A stretch of DNA of 64,000 bases from an uncultured virus (IMG/VR IMGVR_UViG_3300032321_000801) (lineage: Duplodnaviria > Heunggongvirae > Uroviricota > Caudoviricetes), in the IMG/VR virus record IMGVR_UViG_3300032321_000801; one strand, 5' to 3'. Each line of letters opens with the position of its first letter. The stretch's first letter is position 1. A program made the position numbers and the translations under genes. Below, in pieces: positions 24,307-34,403 of the stretch. The notes beneath the pieces were generated by a model. It did not search any database, had not been told where the DNA came from, and saw only the letters and a program-made list of their open reading frames with translations.

Positions 24307-25626
24307 CTAAAGAATTGAAGTGTTTATTTTACGGGTAAAGAAATCGCCACCAATAATCTCAATTTCTTCTGCCGTATCGGGGTTGACGGAAACAACTTGC
24401 CACCAACAACGTTGGGGAAGGCTGAGAGTTTGGTTGCGTGTAAGCGATAGTGAAGAAGTGTAGGTCCAGTTACCCGACTTTTCAACAAGGTAACTCAACG
24501 AGGTAAGGGCAACCGCCGTCTTAAGAACGGAATCTACAACAGTAAACGTGTTAGAAGTAACCGCCGTAATTGTGTACCGACCAGGCGTTAGAACTGCAGT
24601 GTCGTTACTAAAGCGTTCCAGTCGAATTACGTTTCCAACGGTAAACCCGTGCGCGGATGAGGTAGTGAGTACAGTCGTGCCACTTCCTGCGGTTCTCGCA
24701 ATATTAGTAACAGTTTTGTTGGGCGTTGTTGACGTAATTGATAACGTAAAAGGTTGAACCTTTTGGATGCTTCCTCGCTGAATAACGAGCCTGGCAACGA
24801 AAGTGTAGCCCGCATAGTCTCCCTGAAAAGTTGGAGCGGTGCCGCCGAACGCAACATCTTGGTACGCCGTAAACGGTCCAACCTCGGTAATCCAAGGAAC
24901 ATTGGCATCGCCGTATGTTGGGGCAGAAAGTTCTGCTCGTTGGGGGAAGGACTTGTCGTCAACCTCTTGCGGCTTGTAGATGGGGACGTAACGGTTTGTG
25001 GTTTTGGAGATACGACGCAACGGCAACACTTCTACTGCGTACAATCCAATACCAAGAAGCGAACAAATTTCACGGTACTGCTGGTGGCGCATCTGAGCCA
25101 TCTCAGTCAATTGACGATAACGTTCCGAACGCGGAATCATTACTCCGTCAGGAGCAGAGATGTCAATATCAAACGAAGCGTCAGTAGCGAGGGTATAGAG
25201 CGCCATAGTTGTAGCGTACAAAGTAACTGGGTACTCTTCTACAGAAGGAAGAGAAGCAAGCGTGATGGGTCGACTAAGAGAGTCAGTTCGTTTAGCCGAG
25301 TGCTCACCAACCGCGCTCTCTACAATGGTTGCCATTTCAGCGTCAGTAAAGTAACGGTAGTGAGTTCCCTTAACGACAACAAGATGACCAGCAGCGGGCG
25401 TTGCGGTAAGTACGATGACACCCGTAGTCGCTTCCACCGAAGAATCTGCGTTACTGGATTTATCGACACCGTTAACAAAAATGGTCATTCCAACCGTAGT
25501 AACGGGGTTGTACTGTAACTGGAACCTATTAGTAGTTCCGTCAGCAACAATGGTTTCTACAAATGACTTACCGAGGTCGCCTAACTCAAGGCGAACTCGT
25601 TGAACAATCGCATCTGTGGTAGCCAT
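24307..25626 (-). CDS. Head-to-tail adaptor protein (putative)
   Basis: 'VRLELGD', 'DISAPDGVMIPRSERYRQL'. Follows the capsid genes. Confidence 0.6.
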   Translation of the reverse strand: MATTDAIVQRVRLELGDLGKSFVETIVADGTTNRFQLQYNPVTTVGMTIFVNGVDKSSNADSSVEATTGVIVLTATPAAGHLVVVKGTHYRYFTDAEMATIVESAVGEHSAKRTDSLSRPITLASLPSVEEYPVTLYATTMALYTLATDASFDIDISAPDGVMIPRSERYRQLTEMAQMRHQQYREICSLLGIGLYAVEVLPLRRISKTTNRYVPIYKPQEVDDKSFPQRAELSAPTYGDANVPWITEVGPFTAYQDVAFGGTAPTFQGDYAGYTFVARLVIQRGSIQKVQPFTLSITSTTPNKTVTNIARTAGSGTTVLTTSSAHGFTVGNVIRLERFSNDTAVLTPGRYTITAVTSNTFTVVDSVLKTAVALTSLSYLVEKSGNWTYTSSLSLTRNQTLSLPQRCWWQVVSVNPDTAEEIEIIGGDFFTRKINTSIL

Positions 25627-25690
25627 TAGACCTCCAAAGTCTCACTCTAGTTTCTCGCAGAAAGGGGTAAAAATCAGCGCAAATAAGGAA

Positions 25691-25730
25691 CTCCCCCTGC
25701 TGGGAGGAGGGCGGGAACCAGCAGGGGGAG
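25691..25730 (-). terminator. 13-bp stem hairpin, terminator-like
   Basis: CTCCCCCTGCTGG...CCAGCAGGGGGAG followed by TTCCTTATTT on the minus strand. Confidence 0.6.
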
Positions 25731-25743
25731 AATTTAGTAAGAC

Positions 25744-26118
25744 TTAGGAAGCGACCCAGATGTAGTCAAGACTAGCAAGGTAGTCTGCCAGTCCCTTGGG
25801 GACTCGGTACTTGACCCCAGCCTTAAAGGAATAGTTGTTTCCGACTCCAAAAGTCATGTCGTCAATGTCGTGCATGGTGCGAATGATGACCATGCCATCG
25901 TCCTTGACGTTGACTCCGACCGTTTCAACCTCATCAATCAAGAGGGGCTGGTCAGGGTTCTTTGGGTCGAACACATCGTTCTCAAGGCTTTCGCGCTCCG
26001 CCTGTCGAACAAGTGAGATTTCTCCCTCGCGCTCTGCGAGTTCTTTTGCACGAGCCTTTGCTGCCTTTTCTGCTGCAAGACCTGTTGCATCCATTGGGGA
26101 TGTTTTTTGATTTGCCAC
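25744..26118 (-). CDS. Hypothetical head-associated protein
   Basis: 124 aa, directly downstream of the MCP. Confidence 0.7.
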   Translation of the reverse strand: MANQKTSPMDATGLAAEKAAKARAKELAEREGEISLVRQAERESLENDVFDPKNPDQPLLIDEVETVGVNVKDDGMVIIRTMHDIDDMTFGVGNNYSFKAGVKYRVPKGLADYLASLDYIWVAS

Positions 26119-26146
26119 GGTATTTTTCTCCTAGTTGTTTGAGGTG

Positions 26147-26174
26147 TGGGAGGGGAGCCGAAGCCCCCCTCCCA
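26147..26174 (-). terminator. Hairpin after MCP (UUCG loop)
   Basis: TGGGAGGGGG-CTTCGG-CTCCCCCTCCCA on the minus strand. Confidence 0.6.
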
Positions 26175-26187
26175 AAGGGTGTCAGAC

Positions 26188-27306
26188 TTAGTTGGTGTAA
26201 GCCTTAACGATTGCCTGGTCGGTGATGATACCGAGACCCCAGATGGCGTACCATGCGAGAGCGTGTTCGCGACCAAAGTCGAGAACGCCACCGTCACGGA
26301 GTTCCACGGGGAGCGAGATTGCGTGACCGAAAGCGTTGTCACCAATCATGACCGACTCGTAAACGTCAGCCGTGAAGCCAGTTCCCGATGTCGCTGTAGG
26401 CGACTCGTTGATGGGGTTTCCACCAGAACCAGGAGCGGTGTTCGCCTTGACGGGAACAACACCTTGGTCAGCAGGAGCACCAACGCCAGATGCGTAGTTG
26501 ATGGTCGAGTTGGCAAGGTGCTTCTTGACCTGAGTCGTTTCAATGAAGACGACGTCGTAGAGACGACCGATTTCACCAAGCATGAAGTTACCAGGAGCAG
26601 CGTACTTGGTAACTTCGATGAACTCTGGGTTCGAACGAAGGTCACGCGACTGCTTCGGGTGAACGAACATGACGTAGGTCTCACCGATTCTGGGGATGTT
26701 CTTCGACGCAAGCGTCAGAGCAGCATCCTTGATGGTGCCCGTGGTCAACTTGTGGTTGCCATCGAGGTCCGAAAGTGCTGTACCAACCGTACCTTCAGCG
26801 TAGGTGTTGAAGGTGGTCGATGCCGAGAATCCCGAACGGTCGTAACCGAAGACCGACGAAGTTGCGTAACCAAGAGTGTCACGTGCTTGCTGGTCAAGGT
26901 ACTGAGCCATGTGGCGACCGAGAAGACGCGAAGCCGATGCCATGATGTCATCGAACGATGCGTTGAGGAGGAGTTCCGAGACTGCCGTTGCATAGCCGTG
27001 CTCTGCAACCGTGATAGCAATCTGTTCTGCCGTGAGCGAATTCGTGGTCATACGGACACCTTCAGTAAGAGGAGTCGTGTCGACCGCGAAGTTCTTGTAA
27101 CGCAGGAAGTTCACGCGAAGACCAGGAGCAACACCGAGTTCCGTCTTCTTAACAGCGAACTGCTCGAAGCGGAGGATTGGCATAGCCTGGAAGAGAATTT
27201 CCTTTGACCAGATGGTCTGAATTGCCTGGCTCAACTGAGAGTTAGTGCCCGAATAAGCGGTGGGCGCTCCTGCCAGTTGACCAGTTCCTGTAATACCTGA
27301 AGCCAT
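26188..27306 (-). CDS. Major capsid protein (N4-gp56-like family)
   Basis: 'WSKEILFQAMPILRFEQFA', 'LTEGVRM', 'GEIGRLYDVVFIET', 'DFGREHALAWY'. Strong codon bias. Follows the scaffold gene. Confidence 0.92.
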   Translation of the reverse strand: MASGITGTGQLAGAPTAYSGTNSQLSQAIQTIWSKEILFQAMPILRFEQFAVKKTELGVAPGLRVNFLRYKNFAVDTTPLTEGVRMTTNSLTAEQIAITVAEHGYATAVSELLLNASFDDIMASASRLLGRHMAQYLDQQARDTLGYATSSVFGYDRSGFSASTTFNTYAEGTVGTALSDLDGNHKLTTGTIKDAALTLASKNIPRIGETYVMFVHPKQSRDLRSNPEFIEVTKYAAPGNFMLGEIGRLYDVVFIETTQVKKHLANSTINYASGVGAPADQGVVPVKANTAPGSGGNPINESPTATSGTGFTADVYESVMIGDNAFGHAISLPVELRDGGVLDFGREHALAWYAIWGLGIITDQAIVKAYTN

Positions 27307-27360
27307 ATTGGTTCAGTCCTTTCAAGAGATGGTTAGATATGAAATAGGGTGCGGGTTAAA

Positions 27361-28125
27361 CTACCCAAAAAGTCCCTGTCCACGATTATTGCTGGCGTCA
27401 CCGAGCAGTTTCTGTCGGTTCTTGGCATAATCAGCCATTGACATCTTAGAGAGGTCATCGGGCGAATACGCACGGGGGTCCGAATCATTGTCGATTGCTG
27501 ACACGGGAGCAGTAACTCCTGCTCCACGCATCTCTTTACGACTCTGCTGTGCGGCTTGCGTCACAGAATCGAAAATGCTTGCAGACTTGGTTTTGAGAGC
27601 GGTAATGCTCTGTTCAATTTCATCCGCAGTGTTTCCCTGAACTAAGTCGATAAGGTCGGGGATAATGTTTTCGCGCTCTTGCTCAATGCGCTGTGAACGG
27701 TAGTTCTGCAACTCCTGGAACTCACGCTCACGTTCAAGAAGGGCGAATGCCTTCTCTCGTTCGTTACGTTCTTCTTCCAATTGGCTCTGCCATTCTTGCT
27801 CCTTCTTTTGAAGAAGTTCGCGCAGTTCGAGGGTTTCCTCTTCCTCACGCTTTTTCTTGTCGGCAGCCTCGGTGTCACGTTGTCGGCGCTGTTCCTTACG
27901 CGCCTCTTCCTGCGCTTGACGCTCCGCTTCCGCCTTCTTAATGGCGGCTAACTCTTCCTTCATTTTTTCCATCTGAGGGTAAAGTTTATTTTTTTCCTGT
28001 TCACGTGCCTTGGCGAGGTCCTCGGCGGTGTACTCAGGAGCGGGGATAGAAGTGTCAGGAACACTTACTTCTGCACTAAGTGCGGGGTCTGCGGTAGTTA
28101 CCGCATCCGTGATTTGTTCTTCCAT
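27361..28125 (-). CDS. Capsid scaffolding protein
   Basis: E/K/Q/R-rich coiled coil ending 'MSMADYAKNRQKLLG'. Lies between portal and MCP. Confidence 0.8.
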   Translation of the reverse strand: MEEQITDAVTTADPALSAEVSVPDTSIPAPEYTAEDLAKAREQEKNKLYPQMEKMKEELAAIKKAEAERQAQEEARKEQRRQRDTEAADKKKREEEETLELRELLQKKEQEWQSQLEEERNEREKAFALLEREREFQELQNYRSQRIEQERENIIPDLIDLVQGNTADEIEQSITALKTKSASIFDSVTQAAQQSRKEMRGAGVTAPVSAIDNDSDPRAYSPDDLSKMSMADYAKNRQKLLGDASNNRGQGLFG

Positions 28126-28235
28126 GTTGGGGTCTCTTTCTATGCTCATGGTCGTTCTACGAGTTAATGCCACATGACCTATTAGTTAATACCAGTTAAT
28201 CGATTATTTGACAGATTGTCTGTCTAAACGCTCTA

Positions 28236-29978
28236 CTAACTTTCTTTATCCACGCCTCGTCGTTGTGGAATCTTTGTACCGTAAGCCTCCGTCAGGAGTT
28301 CGTTACGGATACCAATTTCAGTTTGCTGGTCCATCATGTTGGTGTTCAACATTGGGTCAGTCATTGACTCTTCATTCTGGGGACCAGAGATGCCGTCTCC
28401 AAGAACGTCGCCGTCTCCAAGCATTGTCGGTTCCATAGGCATTGCCGAACCATCGGGTCCAGGCATCATGCCTGTAAGGTCCATGATTGCTTTTTGGATT
28501 TCGGTCTGAACCAATCGCAATGCGCCCTCAGCCTTAGCGTCGTCAATGAGTTCGGTACGAACTTCCTGCAACTTCTCTTCGGGGAACTCTTCGCCAAGGG
28601 CACGGAGTGCACCTTCTTTGGACTCAAGCCCCATTGTCATCTTGGTCGAAAGTTCGTTCAAAAGAACCAACTTGTCAAGAGGCAGAGGTGGCGGGAACTG
28701 CGTGTACGACTGATACGTAATCGGGTCGTTGGGGTCAAGAACAGTTAACTGACCCTCTTTGATGGGACCGTTTACGTCTGGGTTGTACGCCAAAAGTTCA
28801 GGCTCTTTAATAGCAAGGTTGAGAATAATAAGTTCGTTAATCTTCTCAAGACCAATTCCGTATTGAGCAACCTTTTGCGTCCAACGGTTCATAAGAGGCT
28901 GGTACTGAATTGAAAGGGCTACACCAGAAGTGTTTGAAATTGGCTGGACTTGACCAAGAGCAGTCTCAGGAATATTCATCAACTCGTGCATGGACATCTT
29001 TAACTGCTGAAGGTACTCCATTGCTCCCTGAAGACCTGCGGCTCCACCTTCGAGGTTAAACACGTTGGCGTCTTTAGGAAGACCACCCCAAACTTTCTTT
29101 GCACCCTTTTCGAGTCCAGCGGGCTTGGCACCAACAATGACCGTTACAGGGGCTGCGTGGTAATTGATGATGTCGGCAATATCTGTCGAGATTTCGTTGT
29201 ACGCACGATTCAGGGTAATGATGTCGTGAGCATCCGAAAGACCCCACGGTGAACCCGAAACAGGAATGTTAGGAATGTGTACAACTGGAATAAGACCCAA
29301 AGGGTTGGGACGGCTATCAATAAGTTCATCGTTGATGTACTCTTCAATCATGTCGTCCGTCAAGATTTCGGTGTAAGTAAACACCTGACGAGTACCTTCA
29401 AGGCTGGTGCCCCAGAAGCGGTACTTCTGCTTAAACCTAAGCAAGCGGGTACGGTCGTGTGGGTGGAACTCAGGGAAACAGAACGCAGGGTTCAACGGAA
29501 GAACACGGACACGTCCAGGGTGGAAACGACCAATTGAGTCTTCCCAAGGTTCTTCGTAAGCAACTTTGACAAAGGTGTCTCCCGTGATGCCGCCTGTTTG
29601 CGCCATTTCAAATAGGACACGCTGCTTGTCGTTGTCGACGTCCCAAACTCGTTCGAGCAAATCGGGAACAATAGCCTCAGTTAGTTTTGGGCTTCGGAAG
29701 TGAACTCCCTTACCAAAAGTAAAACGAGCAAGGTAATCCAGCATGGCGCGGTAGTAGTTAACCGCAATCTGCATTTCACCTTGCTCACGGCGGTATCCCC
29801 AGTGGTGACCGAGATACATCGCCCAGTTGAGAGAGTAACGGTTTAGTCGAGGACCGTGTACCTCAAACTCTTCATCAGCAAGTTCTACAAGTCCCAACGG
29901 GGAGATGCTGATTGTGAGGTCAGAAGATGCCGCCCTATAAGAGGGTGGCGAAAAGTCAAAATATGAAGCGCCGCTCAT
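28236..29978 (-). CDS. Portal protein
   Basis: 580 aa. SPP1-like portal features 'NPLGLIPVVHIPN', 'WGLSD', 'SNTSGVAL'. Confidence 0.9.
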   Translation of the reverse strand: MSGASYFDFSPPSYRAASSDLTISISPLGLVELADEEFEVHGPRLNRYSLNWAMYLGHHWGYRREQGEMQIAVNYYRAMLDYLARFTFGKGVHFRSPKLTEAIVPDLLERVWDVDNDKQRVLFEMAQTGGITGDTFVKVAYEEPWEDSIGRFHPGRVRVLPLNPAFCFPEFHPHDRTRLLRFKQKYRFWGTSLEGTRQVFTYTEILTDDMIEEYINDELIDSRPNPLGLIPVVHIPNIPVSGSPWGLSDAHDIITLNRAYNEISTDIADIINYHAAPVTVIVGAKPAGLEKGAKKVWGGLPKDANVFNLEGGAAGLQGAMEYLQQLKMSMHELMNIPETALGQVQPISNTSGVALSIQYQPLMNRWTQKVAQYGIGLEKINELIILNLAIKEPELLAYNPDVNGPIKEGQLTVLDPNDPITYQSYTQFPPPLPLDKLVLLNELSTKMTMGLESKEGALRALGEEFPEEKLQEVRTELIDDAKAEGALRLVQTEIQKAIMDLTGMMPGPDGSAMPMEPTMLGDGDVLGDGISGPQNEESMTDPMLNTNMMDQQTEIGIRNELLTEAYGTKIPQRRGVDKES

Positions 29979-29981
29979 CGG

Positions 29982-30326
29982 CTAGTCTTTCTTGTCATCT
30001 TTTTTGTGTTCGCCCTTTTCATGCCCTTTTTCCTTATCCTTTGTGTGTTCCGATTTAGCCGCAAACTGTTCTTGCCGCCGCTTTTGATACCGTTTAATTG
30101 CTAACTTTTGCTTACGTGTGCGTTCGTTTACAGTGACGAACTGACCACCGTGCTTTATGTACTGCTCGTGTACCCAGTGTGACGCACCAGGTGAGGGATA
30201 TTTCTGGAAACGCATTTTTGCCTGGAGAATAATCATCTTCCAAAGGCGAGGGTTTGCAGGTTCTTGATGCCCCTGGATATGGTCGTTACTGTGAACGAGA
30301 CTCCCGTGCTCATTACGTGCAAACAT
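29982..30326 (-). CDS. Hypothetical protein
   Basis: 'PANPRLWKMI...KYPSPGASHWVHEQYIKHGGQF'. SD GAGGAG. Confidence 0.65.
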   Translation of the reverse strand: MFARNEHGSLVHSNDHIQGHQEPANPRLWKMIILQAKMRFQKYPSPGASHWVHEQYIKHGGQFVTVNERTRKQKLAIKRYQKRRQEQFAAKSEHTKDKEKGHEKGEHKKDDKKD

Positions 30327-30410
30327 TATGCTCCTCTAACTGAGCGGGGGTTCCCACCTGGTTACTACCGTTCCCGATACAACCGTGGTTGGCAGGAACC
30401 CCACTCAGAA

Positions 30411-30806
30411 TTAATCGACGACTGTGGTCGGGTTCATGCGCTGCATACGACCGCCAGTGCGGTAAACAGTCTCAAAAGTCTGTTCTGCGTAGTCAGTGAA
30501 CGAACCGTGTGCAAACTCGCCAAGGAAGGTCGGAGCCTCAATCCAAGAAGCCGAACCAACGTGAGCGCGTTCCGAGAGGGTCTCTCCAGCGGGTTTCTGC
30601 CACACTGGTGCGTTACGGTTGGGGCGTCCAGGTGCGGTTGCAAAACCGCTCATGATTCCCTTTTGGAAATCAGTAGGAACGTCGGTGTCTGTGGCGATTC
30701 CTTCTTCGAAGCGAAGTGGTCCACGACGTTCGTCGTTTTCAGCCATCTTCATTTCGTAAATCTGAGGCGAACGCTCAGGGAAACCAGGTGCGGGGGCAAT
30801 ACCCAT
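30411..30806 (-). CDS. Hypothetical virion-associated protein
   Basis: 'RRGPLRFEEGIATDTDVP'. SD AAGGAG and its own late-promoter motif. Confidence 0.7.
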   Translation of the reverse strand: MGIAPAPGFPERSPQIYEMKMAENDERRGPLRFEEGIATDTDVPTDFQKGIMSGFATAPGRPNRNAPVWQKPAGETLSERAHVGSASWIEAPTFLGEFAHGSFTDYAEQTFETVYRTGGRMQRMNPTTVVD

Positions 30807-30893
30807 GTTGTTAACTCCTTAGTCAATAGAAATGCGCATTTCTAAGTACCAGTTTGACGAATTATGTGGATAATGTCAGCATAAACTTATCTA

Positions 30894-32477
30894 TTAAAAA
30901 AATGGATTACTAGCCACTTCAACGGTGGGCATAACAAGGTCCACCGTCATTGAGCAAGCAAGAGAAAGACTATCGACAAAGTCGTCGTGAGCGTGAGCCT
31001 CATCGGGGGCTTCTACAGTAAACTGGTTTCCCTTGTACTTAATCTCGGCGTCAACCATCTGTTGCATAAACCGTTTCCAAATACGCAAACGACGAGTTTT
31101 GGCATGGGCGGGGTAACCAAGCATTCGCCGCTGCATGAGTGCTTGAAGATGCTTATATCTTGTTGACTGTTCTTTCTGGCTGGAAGTAAGCGGAATAACT
31201 TCGGCGCGAGGAATAAGGATTTTTAGTCGTTGAGCAACCGCGTCACCCACACCGTTAGCGTCAACGCCAATAGCAAGCACGTCGTAGTTGCTGAGGAAAC
31301 TAACAATTTGAAAGTATTGTTCTTCCCAATCTTCACCTTGAATTTCTAGCCAGTTTAGAATTCGATGGTCGTAATATCCAAACTCATCGGGACGGTCCCA
31401 ATCAACCCAGACAACGGTAACTACTGTGGAGTCAAGTTTACGAGCGGGGTCAATTCCCACAACTACGGGAGTTTGATGCCAACTTGTAACCAGTTGTTGG
31501 GAAGTATCGCCCAGTTCATCCATAAGACCTTGGGTAACAAACATTCCTCGGTCAAGCAGCCACTTGCAGTTATACGACATTTGGAACTCATCGGAGTCCT
31601 CTCCAATGCGCAACATTTCTTTCTTAATAAACTTTGCGTAGTTGTCGTTTACCTTGGAAACGTCTTTCCAGTCCCATTGGAAATGATTTTGCCTGGCTCC
31701 ACGCCCAGTCTGTCTCCGTTTGTTCAACTGAATAGCGCGGTAAAAGTTGTTTTTGGTTGTAGTAGGAGTGCCTGTTTTAATCATCGTTCCCGCATAGTAA
31801 GCAAGCATTGGAGAGATTGATTTGGACACAACAAAGTCATCGGCTTCTTGGCACTCGTCAATGACGATGACATGGAAAGACTTTGACTCAATTTTTGCAC
31901 GTGGGTTTGCGGTCATCATAGTGATGTACGACCCAAGTCGCTTTAGTTTAATAGTTCGGGTAACTCCACCGACACGTTTGGCTTCGTCATCAATTTCTGG
32001 GTCAGCCATAACTTCTAGTGCGCGTTCGGAGGTTAGGCGAGAGACCGCACGACCAAAAAGCGTTTCTGCCTGAGATTCAGTAGGGGCAAACATCCCAACC
32101 CACAGTCCGTCTTTAAATCTTCCCAACAAATCAGGGTACAACTTAGACAAAAGTGGCAGGATAATCATTAACGCCGCAAGGGTGTCCGCAACAGTTTCTG
32201 TTTTACCCGACTGACGACTGGCTAACGCAGTAACCTCTTCACCGTCATTGATTAGGATTGACTCAATGATTCGTCGACTCAGAGGCTGTTGGTAAGAGTG
32301 AAGTTCGTGACCTACAAGGACAACCATAAACTGGTAAATTTTGTCGGTTAGTTTCCGAACAAACTCAGGGGAAAGTTCGTCTTCCTCGACATCATCTGGT
32401 ACCTCTTCTCCAATGTAATTTTCGAAGTACTCAGAAGTAATCTCCTCAAACTTACTACGGTCATAGTTATCCGTCAT
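30894..32477 (-). CDS. terL: Terminase large subunit
   Basis: Walker A 'SRQSGKT', Walker B 'VIVIDECQ', 'TGTP', nuclease motifs 'VVGIDPA' and 'HDDFVDS'. Confidence 0.93.
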   Translation of the reverse strand: MTDNYDRSKFEEITSEYFENYIGEEVPDDVEEDELSPEFVRKLTDKIYQFMVVLVGHELHSYQQPLSRRIIESILINDGEEVTALASRQSGKTETVADTLAALMIILPLLSKLYPDLLGRFKDGLWVGMFAPTESQAETLFGRAVSRLTSERALEVMADPEIDDEAKRVGGVTRTIKLKRLGSYITMMTANPRAKIESKSFHVIVIDECQEADDFVVSKSISPMLAYYAGTMIKTGTPTTTKNNFYRAIQLNKRRQTGRGARQNHFQWDWKDVSKVNDNYAKFIKKEMLRIGEDSDEFQMSYNCKWLLDRGMFVTQGLMDELGDTSQQLVTSWHQTPVVVGIDPARKLDSTVVTVVWVDWDRPDEFGYYDHRILNWLEIQGEDWEEQYFQIVSFLSNYDVLAIGVDANGVGDAVAQRLKILIPRAEVIPLTSSQKEQSTRYKHLQALMQRRMLGYPAHAKTRRLRIWKRFMQQMVDAEIKYKGNQFTVEAPDEAHAHDDFVDSLSLACSMTVDLVMPTVEVASNPFF

Positions 32478-32712
32478 CTGACCGTCTCTTCAATTCCTTG
32501 CACATAGCAAGGACCGCTTCAGCGCCCCAAAGCGCTTCCTCGTAATTCTGCGGGGTCTTCCTTCCAACTCCCGCTACGTTCTTCCCAATAGAGAACAACG
32601 CCGTCTCCACGGACATAACTAAGTCGCTCGTCGGCAACGAAGCCACCCTCTTCTCCAGTTTGCTCTGGTTTTGGGGCTGGTGTCCATCCTTTTTCTTCCA
32701 CAAAGTCAGCAT
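32467..32712 (-). CDS. Hypothetical protein
   Basis: 81 aa, overlaps the terL start. Confidence 0.55.
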   Translation of the reverse strand: MLTLWKKKDGHQPQNQSKLEKRVASLPTSDLVMSVETALFSIGKNVAGVGRKTPQNYEEALWGAEAVLAMCKELKRRSDDG

Positions 32713-32956
32713 CCGTGACTTCCCGCCTTTCTATTGCTCGGCTTAATGCGTCGTATTCGTCTTCCGCGTATCCAGTCCAACGACCAAACGCTATCGCTCG
32801 GTAAAAGGGTAGTCGAATAAGTACGGGTTCCGCAGTGCGAAACGGCTCTTCAATTTCTTGCGTCCATCCTCGTACCCACAATTTATTTCCCCACTCAACG
32901 GGGAATCGCATAAACTGTACGTATCTGTTTGGTCCGATGTTGTGTAACTTTGACAT
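32519..32956 (-). CDS. Hypothetical protein
   Basis: Start MSKLHNIGP. 'GWTQEIEEPFRTAEP'. Confidence 0.55.
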   Translation of the reverse strand: MSKLHNIGPNRYVQFMRFPVEWGNKLWVRGWTQEIEEPFRTAEPVLIRLPFYRAIAFGRWTGYAEDEYDALSRAIERREVTDADFVEEKGWTPAPKPEQTGEEGGFVADERLSYVRGDGVVLYWEERSGSWKEDPAELRGSALGR

Positions 32957-32957
32957 A

Positions 32958-33659
32958 TTATCTCTTTGGTGGTACTCCGTAGCCTTTACGTTTGTAGTTT
33001 CCTGCGCGTTGACCCTGCGTTGGGTCATACTTTGATTCGTTAAAGTGATAGCGGTGTGCTTTAGGTTTTTTGACAATCTGTTGTGCCCTAGCAACGCGAT
33101 AAAGTTGTTCACGAATACGTGGGTCAATATCCGACACGTTTGCAGGACCACGAGGCTTGCCGACAAAAAGACCGTCAGCAGACTGTGTCTTTCCTTTACG
33201 GTTCAGCCAGGGTCGTCCTTTAGAATACGACCCAGAAAATGCGACCCATTCGTTATACGAAACAGCATAGTAGTTATAGAATGTTCCGTCTCGGAATACT
33301 ACTGTCATAGTTTCTCGCGTGGGGTCGTAGCCAGCGGCAACCGTTCTTGGTCTTGAGTAGTTAGTTGAAGAGGTTGGAATATCGCTAAGTGTGGCGGACT
33401 CCTCTTCTTCTTCTATACCTTCTGATTCTGGGTGACCATTTCCAAAATATTTGTAGTATTTAGAAGATTCTTCATACGCCTTTTGAAACGATGCTAACTT
33501 TTCAGTTCCTTGGTTGGCGGCAAGCCTTTGCTGTACACCAACGTCTCCAATAAGACCAGGGTCTAGAAATGGACGGAGGGCTGTTCGAAATTCCCTACGG
33601 CTAGGGTAGGAGCCACTCGCAGGAGCGGAACCGTTATCGAACAGCCCTTCGTTGACCAT
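32958..33659 (-). CDS. KTSC domain protein
   Basis: 'AAGYDPTRETMTVVFRDGTFYNYYAVSYNEWVAF..SYSKGR' KTSC pattern. Confidence 0.8.
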   Translation of the reverse strand: MVNEGLFDNGSAPASGSYPSRREFRTALRPFLDPGLIGDVGVQQRLAANQGTEKLASFQKAYEESSKYYKYFGNGHPESEGIEEEEESATLSDIPTSSTNYSRPRTVAAGYDPTRETMTVVFRDGTFYNYYAVSYNEWVAFSGSYSKGRPWLNRKGKTQSADGLFVGKPRGPANVSDIDPRIREQLYRVARAQQIVKKPKAHRYHFNESKYDPTQGQRAGNYKRKGYGVPPKR

Positions 33660-33669
33660 TTATCTGAGA

Positions 33670-34326
33670 CTAAGCAGCCCAAGGCGTGATGGTGATGGCT
33701 GCGCCGACGACCGTCGAGTCAGCACCAGCAGCAAGCGACTGCGACTTGATGGTTGCAGCAGCACCCTTAAGTTGTGTACCAGGAGTGATTGCGCCTGAGT
33801 CAGCGACAGTCCAGCCAGTACCCGCGATGATGAGGGTTGAGCCGCTTCCGCCTGTGACAGTCCAAGTACCAACCAGTGCTGCGGGGATACCCGTACCAGC
33901 CGTGATGGTGACCTTGGTTCCAACTGCCCAAGTACCAGTTCCGCCAGCAATGGTGACCGTTGCGGCAGTCGTTGTCGTGACGTTGATGCGCGTAGGCTGC
34001 GTAGCGGTGTTGGTTGCGCCAGACGCAGTAGTGACGACAAATCCGTCATCCACAAGGATGCGGCTTGCCAGTGCGGTAGCCAGACCGAGTACGCTAGGAA
34101 CTATGACGTATCCAGCACCCTCAGCACCTGCGGTGTTGGGCGTGTAAAGCGGGTAGCCGTTCCAGTTTTGGTACGCAATTTCGTGGTTGTCAAGAGCGGG
34201 CGCGAGAACTGTTCCGCCGCTTTCAAGACGAACGTCGTTTGGTTGAAGCGGGAGGTTGCCCCACACAAAGTCAATCGCCACGTTACCTGATGAATCAATC
34301 AGGTTTCCGTTTTCATTAAGTGCCAT
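33670..34326 (-). CDS. Virion decoration protein, PASTA-like with beta-rich insert
   Basis: 'IVPSVLGL..ALA..IL' and 'TIKSQSLAAG...VGAAITIT' flank a Thr/Gly-rich insert. Confidence 0.55.
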   Translation of the reverse strand: MALNENGNLIDSSGNVAIDFVWGNLPLQPNDVRLESGGTVLAPALDNHEIAYQNWNGYPLYTPNTAGAEGAGYVIVPSVLGLATALASRILVDDGFVVTTASGATNTATQPTRINVTTTTAATVTIAGGTGTWAVGTKVTITAGTGIPAALVGTWTVTGGSGSTLIIAGTGWTVADSGAITPGTQLKGAAATIKSQSLAAGADSTVVGAAITITPWAA

Positions 34327-34403
34327 GATTTTCCTTACATTCGAATGTAGTTGCCTACAAGGTAGGCAACTTCAGGTTATCAATTAGCCAGAAAGAAAAC
34401 TAC

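Noticed and set aside
26146..27207. 353-aa plus-strand ORF antisense to the MCP, and similar antisense ORFs over the sheath, nrdB and collagen genes
   Set aside because: These are shadow ORFs caused by codon bias of the real genes. They have no SD or recognisable motifs.
32519..32712. ~190-nt overlap of two minus-strand ORFs as a dual-coding system
   Set aside because: It is most simply a C-terminal extension after stop-codon loss, and nothing else supports more.
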